Source: Erysipelotrichaceae bacterium OH741_COT-311 (GTDB taxonomy: Bacteria; Bacillota_I; Bacilli_A; Erysipelotrichales; Erysipelotrichaceae). From it: DNA of 32,000 bases. The stretch lies in assembly GCA_003858585.1 (NCBI GenBank), contig RQZE01000001.1, positions 30,001 to 62,000 on the forward strand, in the 5' to 3' direction. Of this stretch, positions 18,528 through 27,751 are shown in pieces. The position numbers and the translations under genes were made by a program. The first letter of the stretch is position 1. Every line of letters begins with the position of its first letter. The notes below the pieces were generated by a model. The model worked only from the letters and a program-made list of their open reading frames with translations. It was not told where the DNA came from and ran no database searches.

Positions 18528-19493
18528 TTAACCTCCAGCATACTTTATAATAAATAGCTCTAATTCTAAGTAACGATCCACACTACTATCACTTTTAAAT
18601 TGTTGATCTAAAGAGGATAACGTATTTAAACCACTTAATAATTCATCAATCGAGATTCGATACAAAGAATCAATTGCCTTTGTTACACGAAATGGATGTA
18701 CATTTAAACAACTAACAATTTGTTTAAAATCATAATGTAAATTTAACAACGCTTTTACCTGATAATAAAAACGAAATTGACTAGCCAAAATCAGTAAAAT
18801 CGCAATCGGTTCCATATTTAAACGATATAAATTATGTAAAATACGTAAAGCTTCTTTGCGATGTTTATGCAAACAACTATATACAAGATGAAATACATTG
18901 TCATCCATTTGAGGTACAATTAATTGCTCAATAGTACTTTTATCAATACGCTCATTTACAAGTTTTAATTTATCTATCTCATGCTGTAAATTGCATAAAT
19001 CATTCGGCAAACGATGTAATAATTCTTCAAGAGCATCTTTTGTAATATCTATTTGTTCTTTTTTTAATGTTTGTCTTACAAAAGATTCAAACTCTTTTTG
19101 TTCTAATCGATTACATTGATAATATTCAGTATTTTTCATTAAAAACTTCACTATTTTTTTACGGCTATCTAGCTTTTCATACTCCCCATAAAACATTAAT
19201 GTAACCTCTTGATTAGGATGTAAAAGATATTGTTCCAGAAGCTTACTACTAGCTTCATCTAAGCTTGATCCACTTTTTAAAAAAATAGGATTAGTAATCA
19301 CAATTACTTTATGATTTTCTAATAACGATAATGTATGACATTCATCAAATACATCCGACCATTTAAATTGTTTACTAGAAGCATCAAAAAAAACAGAATT
19401 TAAATCATTGACTTCAATCAAATTCTTTGTTAATACTTCATGATATTTCTTTTTCAATAAATATGGTTCATTACCATGGATTACATAATTCAT
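18528..19493 (-). CDS. holA: DNA polymerase III delta subunit
   Basis: This 321-aa protein sits directly downstream of comEC as in Bacillus. Its N-terminus (YLLKK...) and helical C-terminal domain resemble HolA. The assignment rests on family resemblance plus synteny. Confidence 0.8.
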   Translation of the reverse strand: MNYVIHGNEPYLLKKKYHEVLTKNLIEVNDLNSVFFDASSKQFKWSDVFDECHTLSLLENHKVIVITNPIFLKSGSSLDEASSKLLEQYLLHPNQEVTLMFYGEYEKLDSRKKIVKFLMKNTEYYQCNRLEQKEFESFVRQTLKKEQIDITKDALEELLHRLPNDLCNLQHEIDKLKLVNERIDKSTIEQLIVPQMDDNVFHLVYSCLHKHRKEALRILHNLYRLNMEPIAILLILASQFRFYYQVKALLNLHYDFKQIVSCLNVHPFRVTKAIDSLYRISIDELLSGLNTLSSLDQQFKSDSSVDRYLELELFIIKYAGG

Positions 19494-19527
19494 TAAATCA
19501 CCACAATTATTATATCAAAAATTTAAA

Positions 19528-21375
19528 TTAAAAGAAGATAATTTCATGCTTAGAAGTAATCAATACATTACCTAACCATGTCATATAAATTTCAATATCT
19601 CCACTCTCTTTTGTATCTAAATAAAATAAATGTGATTTCATTAAACGTCTTACTACTTCTTTGTGAGGATGTCGATATTGATAACCACTAGATACGATAT
19701 TAATGCTTGCTCGTGTTTCATTTAAGAAATCTATACTGCTACTTGTATTAGAACCATGATGTGCTAATTTTAAAACATCAACTTTTAAATCATATTGCTG
19801 AATAATCTTTTGTTCAATTTTACTGGAAATATCACCTGTAAAAAGAAAACGTACGTCACCAATAGAAGCACAATACACTAGACTGGAATCATTATCATTT
19901 TCTCTAGGTTTATTTAAAGATAAAAAAGACATCTTACCAACATTAAAATTTTGATGATCATAGATAATGTTTTTCACTTTAAAATCACTTAAAACCTGAA
20001 ACAGATTTCCATTGTGATCACTATCATTATGAGTAATTACAAAATAATCAATGGTTTTTATTCCACTTCCTACTAAATATTGATATAAATATTTATAATT
20101 ATATGGATTTCCTGTATCGATCAACACATTTCCATGAAGTGATTGAATCAATATACTATCACCCTGACCAACATTGATAAAGGTTACTTTTGTATACAAA
20201 TGATTTAAATTTAAAAAATATAAACCATACAAAAAAAGGATTATCCATTTTTCATTCCACCGTTTTATCAAACAATACATTATCATGAATGAAGTAGTAA
20301 AAGAAATCGAACCTACCATTACCAACCAATCATGATGTAATATATCAAATATTCTATATACATTTAAAAATAAATATTGTTTACTAACAAAAGATAATAT
20401 CGTCAAAACAAATAAATAACCATATAATTTATAAAGATATTTATTGAAAAATACAAAGAATAAATTGGCAGTATTAAAATATAGTAAATGTAACAGTAAT
20501 GTTACAATATAATTATTTTTACGATAATGTTTAAACACAAATAACATAGAATAAACAGTAGGTAAAACAAAGGATAATGAAGTAAGTTTATACGGAAAAA
20601 ATAAACACACAAACATTATTTTTATACCTAAATAATCCAATTTACTTATTGTAAGTCTTTTAATCTGCCTATTAAAAAATAAACGTATTAAATGAAATTG
20701 AATACCAAATATGATAAAACACAAAATATGTACAAGAAATAAAATATGATTACTTATACGTTTTGAAAAAAACAACCTTAACCATTGGAAAAGCACATGA
20801 AAAAAAGAAGAAAAATAAAACCCAGATACTAATAGTAGATAAGGTAATTCTTCATCATAGTGACTTAAAAAGACCTTTAAAAAGATGGATTTATATTGTA
20901 TATTATGAATCTTCTGTATGGATTGATAAAGAACATTTCTTATACTATAACCGCGAAATACAACTTTGACATTAGCATGTAGATAAGAATTCTTTATATT
21001 ATTCTGTTTAAAATAAGTTACTTGTTTAAAACCATACGTATTAAATCTATTTTGTTTCTTAGTTATTACACCTTCATAATAAACAACATCATCATATTGT
21101 ACATCATATTCTCCATATAAAATTACATTGCTTATATAATTACTTACGACAATATAAGTATCTGTTTTTTTAGTTACAACACCATACGGCAGATGTATAA
21201 AATTCTTTAGATGTAACATCGTAATCGGAATCATTAAAAGACATAAATAATATACGAATAACTTCTTTTCTTTTTTTACAACATAAAAGATACAACATAA
21301 TAAAATTACATATATATTTACTTGTAATAATGAAACAAATAAGGATAAAGCTAATAATAGATACTTATTTCTCAT
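19528..21375 (-). CDS. comEC: DNA internalization competence protein ComEC/Rec2
   Basis: It has an N-terminal OB-like region, a polytopic membrane core and a C-terminal metallo-beta-lactamase domain with VITHNDSDHNG and LAHHGS. Its start overlaps the comEA stop in an ATGA. Confidence 0.9.
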   Translation of the reverse strand: MRNKYLLLALSLFVSLLQVNIYVILLCCIFYVVKKEKKLFVYYLCLLMIPITMLHLKNFIHLPYGVVTKKTDTYIVVSNYISNVILYGEYDVQYDDVVYYEGVITKKQNRFNTYGFKQVTYFKQNNIKNSYLHANVKVVFRGYSIRNVLYQSIQKIHNIQYKSIFLKVFLSHYDEELPYLLLVSGFYFSSFFHVLFQWLRLFFSKRISNHILFLVHILCFIIFGIQFHLIRLFFNRQIKRLTISKLDYLGIKIMFVCLFFPYKLTSLSFVLPTVYSMLFVFKHYRKNNYIVTLLLHLLYFNTANLFFVFFNKYLYKLYGYLFVLTILSFVSKQYLFLNVYRIFDILHHDWLVMVGSISFTTSFMIMYCLIKRWNEKWIILFLYGLYFLNLNHLYTKVTFINVGQGDSILIQSLHGNVLIDTGNPYNYKYLYQYLVGSGIKTIDYFVITHNDSDHNGNLFQVLSDFKVKNIIYDHQNFNVGKMSFLSLNKPRENDNDSSLVYCASIGDVRFLFTGDISSKIEQKIIQQYDLKVDVLKLAHHGSNTSSSIDFLNETRASINIVSSGYQYRHPHKEVVRRLMKSHLFYLDTKESGDIEIYMTWLGNVLITSKHEIIFF

Positions 21376-21839
21376 ATACGTATATAGTCTTTTATTTTTT
21401 GAAAGCGTGATTCTTTAATCCCTTTTACATTCATAATTTCTTCAATGGACGAAAATAATTGCTCATTTCGATACTCAATAATTCGTTTTACCATAGTTTC
21501 ACTTATACCAGGGATTGTAGTTAATTCTTCTAACGATGCTGTATTAATATTAATTCGTTCTTGTTTTATTTTTATAGGTATTTCTATATAATCTTTATCT
21601 AGTAAAATTAAGTTTGGATTATACATAGAAATATCTGCATTATCTTTTAAATCAAGATGCAGTAGTAAATCTTTAAATGTACTATAAATCGGTAATGTAT
21701 ATTCTCCTTCTTGTTGGATTTGACCTACTACAGTTACTTGAATAAATTTTTTCTGTATTGACTGTAAATCAACGGGTTTTAAATGTATAAAGGCAAATGA
21801 TACCGTTAGCAAAATAAAAAAAATAAGTAATTTAGCCAT
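21372..21839 (-). CDS. comEA: Competence protein ComEA (membrane-anchored helix-hairpin-helix DNA receptor)
   Basis: It has an N-terminal hydrophobic anchor and a C-terminal double HhH region, ININTASLEELTTIPGISETMVKRIIEYR...IMNVKGIKESRFQKIKD. Confidence 0.88.
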   Translation of the reverse strand: MAKLLIFFILLTVSFAFIHLKPVDLQSIQKKFIQVTVVGQIQQEGEYTLPIYSTFKDLLLHLDLKDNADISMYNPNLILLDKDYIEIPIKIKQERININTASLEELTTIPGISETMVKRIIEYRNEQLFSSIEEIMNVKGIKESRFQKIKDYIRI

Positions 21840-21877
21840 AAAGCCTCCTTACTTATTTATAGTATTGATTTATATTT

Positions 21878-22345
21878 TTACTTAATTGATACAACTTTTA
21901 CCTTATATGGTTTATCCACATCCACTTCACAAATTGCACCAACTTTTTTATCTAAAATCGCTATAGCAAGTGGTGTCATATTTGATAATTTACCATTCAG
22001 TGGATCCGCTTCTACCGAACCTACGATTGTATAAGTATTTTTTAATTTTGTATCTTGTTCTTCAATCGTAACTGTTGAACCTAATTTTACTATTTTACTA
22101 CTGCCTTTTTGATCTTCAATAATTTCAATGTTTTGCAACATGATTTCAAGATCACGAATACGTGCTTCTACACGAGCTTGACGATCTCTTGCAGCATCAT
22201 AGTCTGCATTTTCTGATAAGTCTCCTTGTGCACGTGCTGCTTGTAAATCTTCAATAACTTCTTGTCTTACAACATGAAGTAAATTTTCTTGTTCTTTTAA
22301 TAATTCATCTAAACCTTCTTGTGTTACATATATTTTTTCAGCCAT
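21878..22345 (-). CDS. greA: Transcription elongation factor GreA
   Basis: The 155-aa protein carries AARAQGDLSENADYDAAR, the acidic coiled-coil tip, plus a C-terminal FKBP-like domain. Confidence 0.95.
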   Translation of the reverse strand: MAEKIYVTQEGLDELLKEQENLLHVVRQEVIEDLQAARAQGDLSENADYDAARDRQARVEARIRDLEIMLQNIEIIEDQKGSSKIVKLGSTVTIEEQDTKLKNTYTIVGSVEADPLNGKLSNMTPLAIAILDKKVGAICEVDVDKPYKVKVVSIK

Positions 22346-22364
22346 AAGTCACCTCTAACGCCCA

Positions 22365-22997
22365 TTATTGTAGCACATTTTGACTGATTATACTACTTAT
22401 TTTTGTAGTTAATAAATCAATTGCCACTTCATTTTTACTACCTTCAGGGATAATAATATCTGCATTACGCTTAGATGGTTCTACAAATTGCTCATGCATG
22501 ATTCTAACTGTATCAATGTATTGTGTAACAATAGAATCAATGGTACGTCCACGTTCTTTTGTATCACGTAATAATCGACGAATAAATCGAATATCACTTG
22601 GAGTATCAACAAAGATTTTAATATCTAAGCGTTTTAAAATTTCTTCATTTTCTAAGACAAATAAACCTTCTAAAACAATAACATCACTAGGGAATACTTT
22701 TTCTATTTCTTTACTACGTGTATGATTAACATAATCATAGATTGGCTTTTCAATTCCAACACGATTAATTAATAAGTCTAATTGTTGAATCATTAAATCA
22801 CGATCAAAAGCATAAGGATGATCATAATTGGTTTTCACACGTTCTTCCATCGTTAAATGATCTTGATTCTTGTAGTAATCATCTTCCTTAATAATCACAA
22901 CAGAAGCATTACTTTCAAATGTTTTTTTTAGTCTTAATGCAATACTTGTCTTTCCCGAACAAGTACCACCTGCAATACCAATGACAATGGGCTTCAT
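22365..22997 (-). CDS. udk: Uridine kinase
   Basis: It has the P-loop GIAGGTCSGKTS and the motif NYDHPYAFD. The udk-greA order matches Bacillus. Confidence 0.93.
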   Translation of the reverse strand: MKPIVIGIAGGTCSGKTSIALRLKKTFESNASVVIIKEDDYYKNQDHLTMEERVKTNYDHPYAFDRDLMIQQLDLLINRVGIEKPIYDYVNHTRSKEIEKVFPSDVIVLEGLFVLENEEILKRLDIKIFVDTPSDIRFIRRLLRDTKERGRTIDSIVTQYIDTVRIMHEQFVEPSKRNADIIIPEGSKNEVAIDLLTTKISSIISQNVLQ

Positions 22998-23006
22998 ACG
23001 TTTCTC

Positions 23007-24083
23007 CTATCTTAAATATTTATTTACATAAGCTTGATGTTCTTCCAATGTTTTAGAATAATACACAGTACCATCACCATAAACATCAGCCATAAAAAAC
23101 ATATAATCACTTTTAGTTGGTTGTAGTGTTGCTAAAAGAGCATCATAACCAGGATTTAAAATTGGCCCTGGCGGAAGTCCTGCGTATTTATACGTATTGT
23201 ATAACGATTCGAAATCTGGATTTACTTCACATTTTGTCCAATCATCTTCTTTTGTTTTATCAATTGCATAGCAAACCGTTACACTTGATTGTAACAACCA
23301 ATTTTTTGCTAAACGATTATCAAAAACACCCGCAACCATCTTCATATCTTCCACTTTACTTGCTTCATACTGTACAATACTTGCTAAAGTGAATAATTGA
23401 TGAGTTGTCAATTGGGTTTGTAATGTAGAATGTTCAACTGCTTTATTTAATTCTCGATACACTGAATTTGTTTGATTCAATAAACGACGTGTAACTTCTT
23501 CAACAGTTGTTTCACGATGAAATTGATACGTCTCCGGAAATAGATATCCTTCTAATTTAATGCGGATATTTTCATTAAAAAGCTCTTCCGTTAAAAAAGG
23601 ATACTCTTGCATTAATGCACGAATCGCTGTTTCATCATTCCAATAGGAAATGATTTCATCATAAGTTAAATTCGTTACATCACTAATTTTTTCAGCATAA
23701 TGTTTTGCCCAATCTCCTTCAACAAAGGTAATTGTTACATCATCATTTAAAGCACTTCGACCATCATTTAAATGCGTTAAAATCATATCTAAATTCCAAC
23801 TAGCATCTAATTCATAAACACCTTTTTTTATATCACCTAAATGACTATTCAATTTTAAATATAATTTTGCAGTCGTTTCATTTTTAATTAATCCACTTGT
23901 ACGTAAATTATGAAGAACTTTATAAGCACTTTCACCTTGTTTCACTTCAAAAGCAATGAGTTTACTTTCTTTACTTACTGCAGCAATACTATCCTGATAA
24001 TAGATATATCCACCAGCCATTAACACAACTAAAAGAATTAAAAAACTTATAAAGACAGAAATAATTTTATTATTCTTCTTCAT
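23007..24083 (-). CDS. mltG: Endolytic murein transglycosylase MltG (YceG family)
   Basis: It has an N-terminal TM helix and YceG-type motifs (ASIVQYEA, SVTVCYA, YNTYKYAGLPPGPILNPG). The start is ambiguous: the ATG at 24083 has AGGAG 7 nt upstream, while the ORF-track start at 24122 would overlap the upstream gene by 53 nt. Confidence 0.88.
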   Translation of the reverse strand: MKKNNKIISVFISFLILLVVLMAGGYIYYQDSIAAVSKESKLIAFEVKQGESAYKVLHNLRTSGLIKNETTAKLYLKLNSHLGDIKKGVYELDASWNLDMILTHLNDGRSALNDDVTITFVEGDWAKHYAEKISDVTNLTYDEIISYWNDETAIRALMQEYPFLTEELFNENIRIKLEGYLFPETYQFHRETTVEEVTRRLLNQTNSVYRELNKAVEHSTLQTQLTTHQLFTLASIVQYEASKVEDMKMVAGVFDNRLAKNWLLQSSVTVCYAIDKTKEDDWTKCEVNPDFESLYNTYKYAGLPPGPILNPGYDALLATLQPTKSDYMFFMADVYGDGTVYYSKTLEEHQAYVNKYLR

Positions 24084-24327
24084 CATCAAGCTCCTGCAAA
24101 AAGGTATTGAATACTTCTTCAATCATTTCATACTCACCTTCATCTTCAATAGGAATTAACTTATGTTCCTCATCATATTGGCAAGCAAACACTTCCCCAC
24201 TTTCATCTTCTGGATTTGTAAATAACACATAACTTTTATCTGTTTCTTCTGAATCAAAAGTAAACAAAATATCCATTACAGTTTCTTTTCCATCTTCTTC
24301 AATAATTGTAATTTTATTATTTTCCAT
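24070..24327 (-). CDS. DUF1292 family protein (YrzB-like)
   Basis: This 85-aa acidic protein has the pattern ITIIEEDGKE....ILFTFDSEETDKSYVLFT. Its position between ruvX and mltG is identical to B. subtilis yrzB. Confidence 0.8.
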   Translation of the reverse strand: MENNKITIIEEDGKETVMDILFTFDSEETDKSYVLFTNPEDESGEVFACQYDEEHKLIPIEDEGEYEMIEEVFNTFLQELDDEEE

Positions 24328-24350
24328 ATAACTATCCTTTCTAAAAAAAT

Positions 24351-24366
24351 GGACGTATAAACGTCC
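24351..24366 (-). terminator. Short intra-operon hairpin with a T-run (possible partial terminator) between ruvX and the DUF1292 gene
   Basis: The minus strand reads GGACGT-TTAT-ACGTCC followed by ATTTTTTT. The hairpin abuts the ruvX TAG stop codon. Confidence 0.45.
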
Positions 24367-24779
24367 TATCTTCGATCTAAATACGATTGCAATATTTGCA
24401 CTGCTGCCATTTGATCAATAACTTGTTTGCGTTTTTTTCTTGAAACATCTGCTTTGATAAGTAATTTATTAGCAGCCACCGTTGTAAGACGTTCATCCCA
24501 CATAGAAACCGGAAGCCCTGTAGTCTCTTGTAACATATCTTTAAACTCCAGACATATTTGACCACGAATACCAATATCTCCATTCATATGCTTCGGTAAG
24601 CCCAATACAATTTCACTAACATCATTTTCTTTAACAAATTTAGCAATATATTGACAACAAGCTTCATAATCATCTTCTTTAAAACGGTAAGTTTCTACTC
24701 CACGAGCAATCATTCTTAAAGCATCACTAATCGCAATTCCACAAGTGACACTACCTAAATCTAAACCAAGTACTCTCAT
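24366..24779 (-). CDS. ruvX: Holliday junction resolvase-like / pre-16S rRNA nuclease RuvX (YqgF)
   Basis: The sequence starts MRVLGLDLGSVTCGIAISD and continues with ...VLGLPKHMNGD...DERLTT. Its start overlaps the upstream gene's stop in an ATGA. Confidence 0.93.
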   Translation of the reverse strand: MRVLGLDLGSVTCGIAISDALRMIARGVETYRFKEDDYEACCQYIAKFVKENDVSEIVLGLPKHMNGDIGIRGQICLEFKDMLQETTGLPVSMWDERLTTVAANKLLIKADVSRKKRKQVIDQMAAVQILQSYLDRR

Positions 24780-25039
24780 TTTTGGTTATCTTCTAAATAA
24801 TAGCGAACCAACTCTTCAATAATTTCATAGCGTTCTAAAGATTGAATAATACTACGAGCATTCTTATGGCTAGAAATATATGCTGGATCATTTGAGATTA
24901 AATAGCCAGCTAATTGATTAACAGCGTTATAACCACGTTCATCCAATGCTTCTTTGGTAATTTTTAAAATATTTTTAATATTATTTCTTCTAAATTCATC
25001 TGATTTAAAAGACATTGTTTCTGTTAAATCTTTTACCAT
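24776..25039 (-). CDS. ireB: UPF0297 / IreB family protein (YrzL-like)
   Basis: The motif ERGYNAVNQLAGYLISNDPAYISSHKNARSIIQSLERYEIIEELVRYYL matches the family closely. It lies immediately downstream of alaS as in Bacillus. Confidence 0.85.
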   Translation of the reverse strand: MVKDLTETMSFKSDEFRRNNIKNILKITKEALDERGYNAVNQLAGYLISNDPAYISSHKNARSIIQSLERYEIIEELVRYYLEDNQK

Positions 25040-25126
25040 TACTATTCCTCCTTTAATACATTCTAAACTAATTACGATGAAAAAGAAAGTGAGGAGTCAA
25101 AAACTCATTTGATTTTCACCAAATTT

Positions 25127-27751
25127 TTATAAAGACTGCAATTTTATTTCTACTTCTTTGATTAAAACATCTGCCTTTGACGGATCAGTACAACCACCTT
25201 GTGCCACATCCGGTTTTCCGCCACCCTTACCACTTACAAGTTCATTTACGAATTTAATCACTTCATTTGCCTTCATATTCTTTTCAATAGCCTCTTTACT
25301 ACTACATGCAACATAAGTAAGTTTTTCATCTTCCACGCTTATTACAAACACAAAAGATTTCACTAATTTATTTCTTAAAATTTCAGCAAACCCTTTAAGA
25401 TTTCCCTGATACGCATCTAATGTTAATAATAAAACTTTAACACCATGGATTTCTTTAGCATTTTGAATATATTCGTTAGCTTGTAGAATTGATTGCTTTT
25501 CCTTTAATAGTTGCAATTCTTTTTTTATCTTAGTATTTTCATCTAAAAGATGTTCAACTTTTTCATTTAAAGCATTGATATTTGTCAATTTAAATAAACC
25601 AGACAAATATTCCAACTGTTGTTTATAATTTGCAAAATCATGATAAGCATTCATAGATGTCTTTGTTTGAATACGACGAATGCCACTACCTATTGATTCT
25701 TCAAATTCAATTTTAAATACTCCTAATTGGCTTGTATTCTTTACATGCGTACCGCCACAGAACTCAATAGATGTATCTGCCATAAAAACAACACGTACTA
25801 AATCTCCATATTTTTCATCAAACAAAGCAATTGCCCCAGTATTTTTAGCTTCTTGTAGTGACATCACTTCCGTTTTAACATCGATGGCCTGCGCAATGTA
25901 TGCATTTACCAGATCTTCAATCTCTCTTAATGTTTCATCACTAATTTTTTCAAAATTTGTAAAGTCAAAACGAGCATATTCGTCACTTACATAAGAACCA
26001 GCTTGTGTAATATGTGTACCTACAATCTTACGCAAAGCAGCGTGTAACAAATGTACAGAAGAATGATTTAACATAATTTTATAACGACGTTGTTCATCAA
26101 TTTGTAATTGTAATACATCATTTACTTTTACAGAACCATTTACTACCTTTACATGATGTAAATGTTGTTTGTTTACGGCTTTTTTAACATCTGTAACACT
26201 TAGTTCTACCCCTGAAGCAAATATTCTTCCAGTATCGGCAATTTGCCCCCCACTTTCTGCATAAAAACATGTTTGATCAAAAATGATATCTCCTTCATCA
26301 TTCAAAACATCAACGGCAACCCCATTTTTAAATAAGCCAATGATTTTACCTGTACAACTTGTTTGATCATAGCCCAAGAATTTACTTTCTTCCCTAAAAT
26401 TTAATAAATCAATCGATTGACTTGTCATGGATTCCATCACATCACGGCTACTACGTGAAAGTTCTTTTTGTTTTTGCATACAAGCTTCAAAACTTTTTAA
26501 ATCTACGCTTAAACCAGCATCAGATGCAATCTCAACGGTAAGCTCTTTCGGAAAACCATACGTATCATATAACTTAAATACTACTTCACCACTTAAACAT
26601 TTATCCTTTGTATTTTTCATTGCTTCTTGAAGTAACTTTTCACCATTCACCAGTGTTTCATGGAATGCTTGCTCTTCTTTTTGTACTAAAGTAGATACAA
26701 AATGAACTTTATCTAATAAATATGGATAAAACTCTTTCATATTTTCAGCTACAACCGAAACTAAACGATACATAAACGATTCTTGTATACCTAATTTAAT
26801 CCCAAAACGAATGGCACGTCTTAAAACACGTCTTAAAACATAACCACGTCCTTCATTAGAAAAGGTTGCTCCATCACTTAATGCAAATGTTACGGTACGA
26901 ATATGATCGGCAATCACTCGATATGCCATTTTATACTCCCCTTCATAAGGATGCTTAGCCATCTTTTCGGTAGCATGAATAATCGGTAAGAATAAATCTG
27001 TATCAAAGTTTGTTTCACCATCTTGAACTAGGCATACCAAACGTTCCAGTCCCATACCGGTATCAATATTCTTTTGTGGCAATTCTTTGTAATCTTTACG
27101 ATCTACCCCTTCTTTTGCATCATATTGAGAAAATACAACATTCCAAACTTCGATATAACGATCATTTTCTAAATCTTCAAAAAACAAACGTTCTCCAATA
27201 CCTTGAGGATCATATTTCTCTCCACGATCATAAAAAATTTCACTATTTGGACCACTTGGACCTTCCCCAATTTCCCAATAGTTGTTATAAGTCTTTAAAA
27301 TTCGACGAGGATCAATTTTACAAACATCTACCCAAATACGATAAGCCTCTTGATCATCCGGATGAATCGTAACATACATACGATCTTTATCAAAACCAAT
27401 CCACTGCGGACTTGTTAAAAATTCCCATGCAAATGGAATAGCTTCTTCTTTAAAATAATCACCAATGGAAAAATTCCCTAACATTTCAAAAAACGTATGG
27501 TGTCTTGCCGTTCTACCTACATTTTCAATATCGTTAGTACGAATACTTTTTTGTGCATTTGTAATACGATTACACAATGGTTTTTCTCGACCATCAAAAT
27601 ATTTTTTTAATGCAGCAACACCTGCATTAATCCACAATAAAGTAGGGTCATTAATAGGAACAAGACTTGCTCCCGGTTCGACCATGTGTCCTTTTGACTT
27701 AAAATAATCCAAAAACATTTGTCGTATTTGATGTCCTGTTAACTTTTTCAT
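25127..27751 (-). CDS. alaS: Alanine--tRNA ligase
   Basis: The start MKKLTGHQIRQMFLDYFKSKGH is a typical AlaRS N-terminus, and the editing-domain HxxxH motif (HSSVHLLH) and CGGTH are present. The ATG at 27751 has GGAGG 5 nt upstream. The 16 extra codons in the ORF track run through the T-box terminator and are not coding. Confidence 0.95.
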   Translation of the reverse strand: MKKLTGHQIRQMFLDYFKSKGHMVEPGASLVPINDPTLLWINAGVAALKKYFDGREKPLCNRITNAQKSIRTNDIENVGRTARHHTFFEMLGNFSIGDYFKEEAIPFAWEFLTSPQWIGFDKDRMYVTIHPDDQEAYRIWVDVCKIDPRRILKTYNNYWEIGEGPSGPNSEIFYDRGEKYDPQGIGERLFFEDLENDRYIEVWNVVFSQYDAKEGVDRKDYKELPQKNIDTGMGLERLVCLVQDGETNFDTDLFLPIIHATEKMAKHPYEGEYKMAYRVIADHIRTVTFALSDGATFSNEGRGYVLRRVLRRAIRFGIKLGIQESFMYRLVSVVAENMKEFYPYLLDKVHFVSTLVQKEEQAFHETLVNGEKLLQEAMKNTKDKCLSGEVVFKLYDTYGFPKELTVEIASDAGLSVDLKSFEACMQKQKELSRSSRDVMESMTSQSIDLLNFREESKFLGYDQTSCTGKIIGLFKNGVAVDVLNDEGDIIFDQTCFYAESGGQIADTGRIFASGVELSVTDVKKAVNKQHLHHVKVVNGSVKVNDVLQLQIDEQRRYKIMLNHSSVHLLHAALRKIVGTHITQAGSYVSDEYARFDFTNFEKISDETLREIEDLVNAYIAQAIDVKTEVMSLQEAKNTGAIALFDEKYGDLVRVVFMADTSIEFCGGTHVKNTSQLGVFKIEFEESIGSGIRRIQTKTSMNAYHDFANYKQQLEYLSGLFKLTNINALNEKVEHLLDENTKIKKELQLLKEKQSILQANEYIQNAKEIHGVKVLLLTLDAYQGNLKGFAEILRNKLVKSFVFVISVEDEKLTYVACSSKEAIEKNMKANEVIKFVNELVSGKGGGKPDVAQGGCTDPSKADVLIKEVEIKLQSL

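Noticed and set aside
25040-25126. I looked for a terminator or promoter in the alaS-ireB intergenic region.
   Set aside because: Only 4-5 bp competing stems (gagt/actc, tcaaa/tttga) are present, with no clean U-tract. TTGACT is present but has no acceptable -10 at 16-18 nt spacing. The evidence is too weak to call.
25680-27707. Plus-strand ORFs (25680-25994, 26427-26630, 27010-27372, 27465-27707) lie opposite alaS, the longest being 120 aa.
   Set aside because: These are shadow ORFs antisense to alaS. Their composition is typical of antisense translation, with no start signals.
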